From Auanema rhodensis (lineage: Eukaryota; Animalia; Nematoda): DNA of 64,000 nt. A program made the position numbers and the translations under genes. Below the pieces are notes generated by a model, which saw only the letters and a list, made by a program, of their open reading frames with translations, made no database searches and had not been told where the DNA came from. The stretch spans positions 8,494,001 through 8,558,000 of the forward strand of contig OZ059895.1 of the NCBI GenBank assembly GCA_964057225.1, in the 5' to 3' direction. Of the stretch, positions 63,842 to 64,000 are shown piece after piece. Each line of letters starts with the position of its first letter. The first letter of the stretch is position 1.

Positions 63842-64000
63842 ATCAAGGTATGCATCTATTCATCTATGATGTACAGGAGCATTGCGACATTTAAAAATGC
63901 GTCAAAAACGAACAATATTAATAAAATTTCACCGAAATAGGGAAATAAACTGAATAAATAAAAGGTTTGCTTTCATTTTTATAAGGAAAACAGAGTATTC

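Overview
AT-rich, intron-dense eukaryotic DNA from a rhabditid-type nematode that is not C. elegans; most introns are about 40-55 nt. Gene models were spliced by hand. Plus strand, in order: kal-1/anosmin (5' end outside the window), two flavin-containing monooxygenase (FMO) paralogues inside a tandem duplication, a class I PITP, let-23/EGFR with two alternative signal-peptide exons, an operon-like run npp-6/slx-1/rpb-10/moag-4, a PFTAIRE (CDK14-like) kinase, and a secreted Cys/Pro-rich protein with about 16 furin sites. Minus strand: sym-2/ESRP, with its 5' end not found. Main points of interest: (1) relaxed 3' splice sites, with frequent AAG and three frame-forced GAG acceptors; (2) a decayed tandem duplication whose junction forms an in-frame PITP::KAL-1 hybrid exon; (3) FMO paralogues differing mainly at amino-acid-changing sites, each carrying a different Merlin-like insertion with the empty site visible in the other copy; (4) a candidate polyprotein precursor of many small disulfide peptides. 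No rRNA, tRNA or CRISPR array was recognised.
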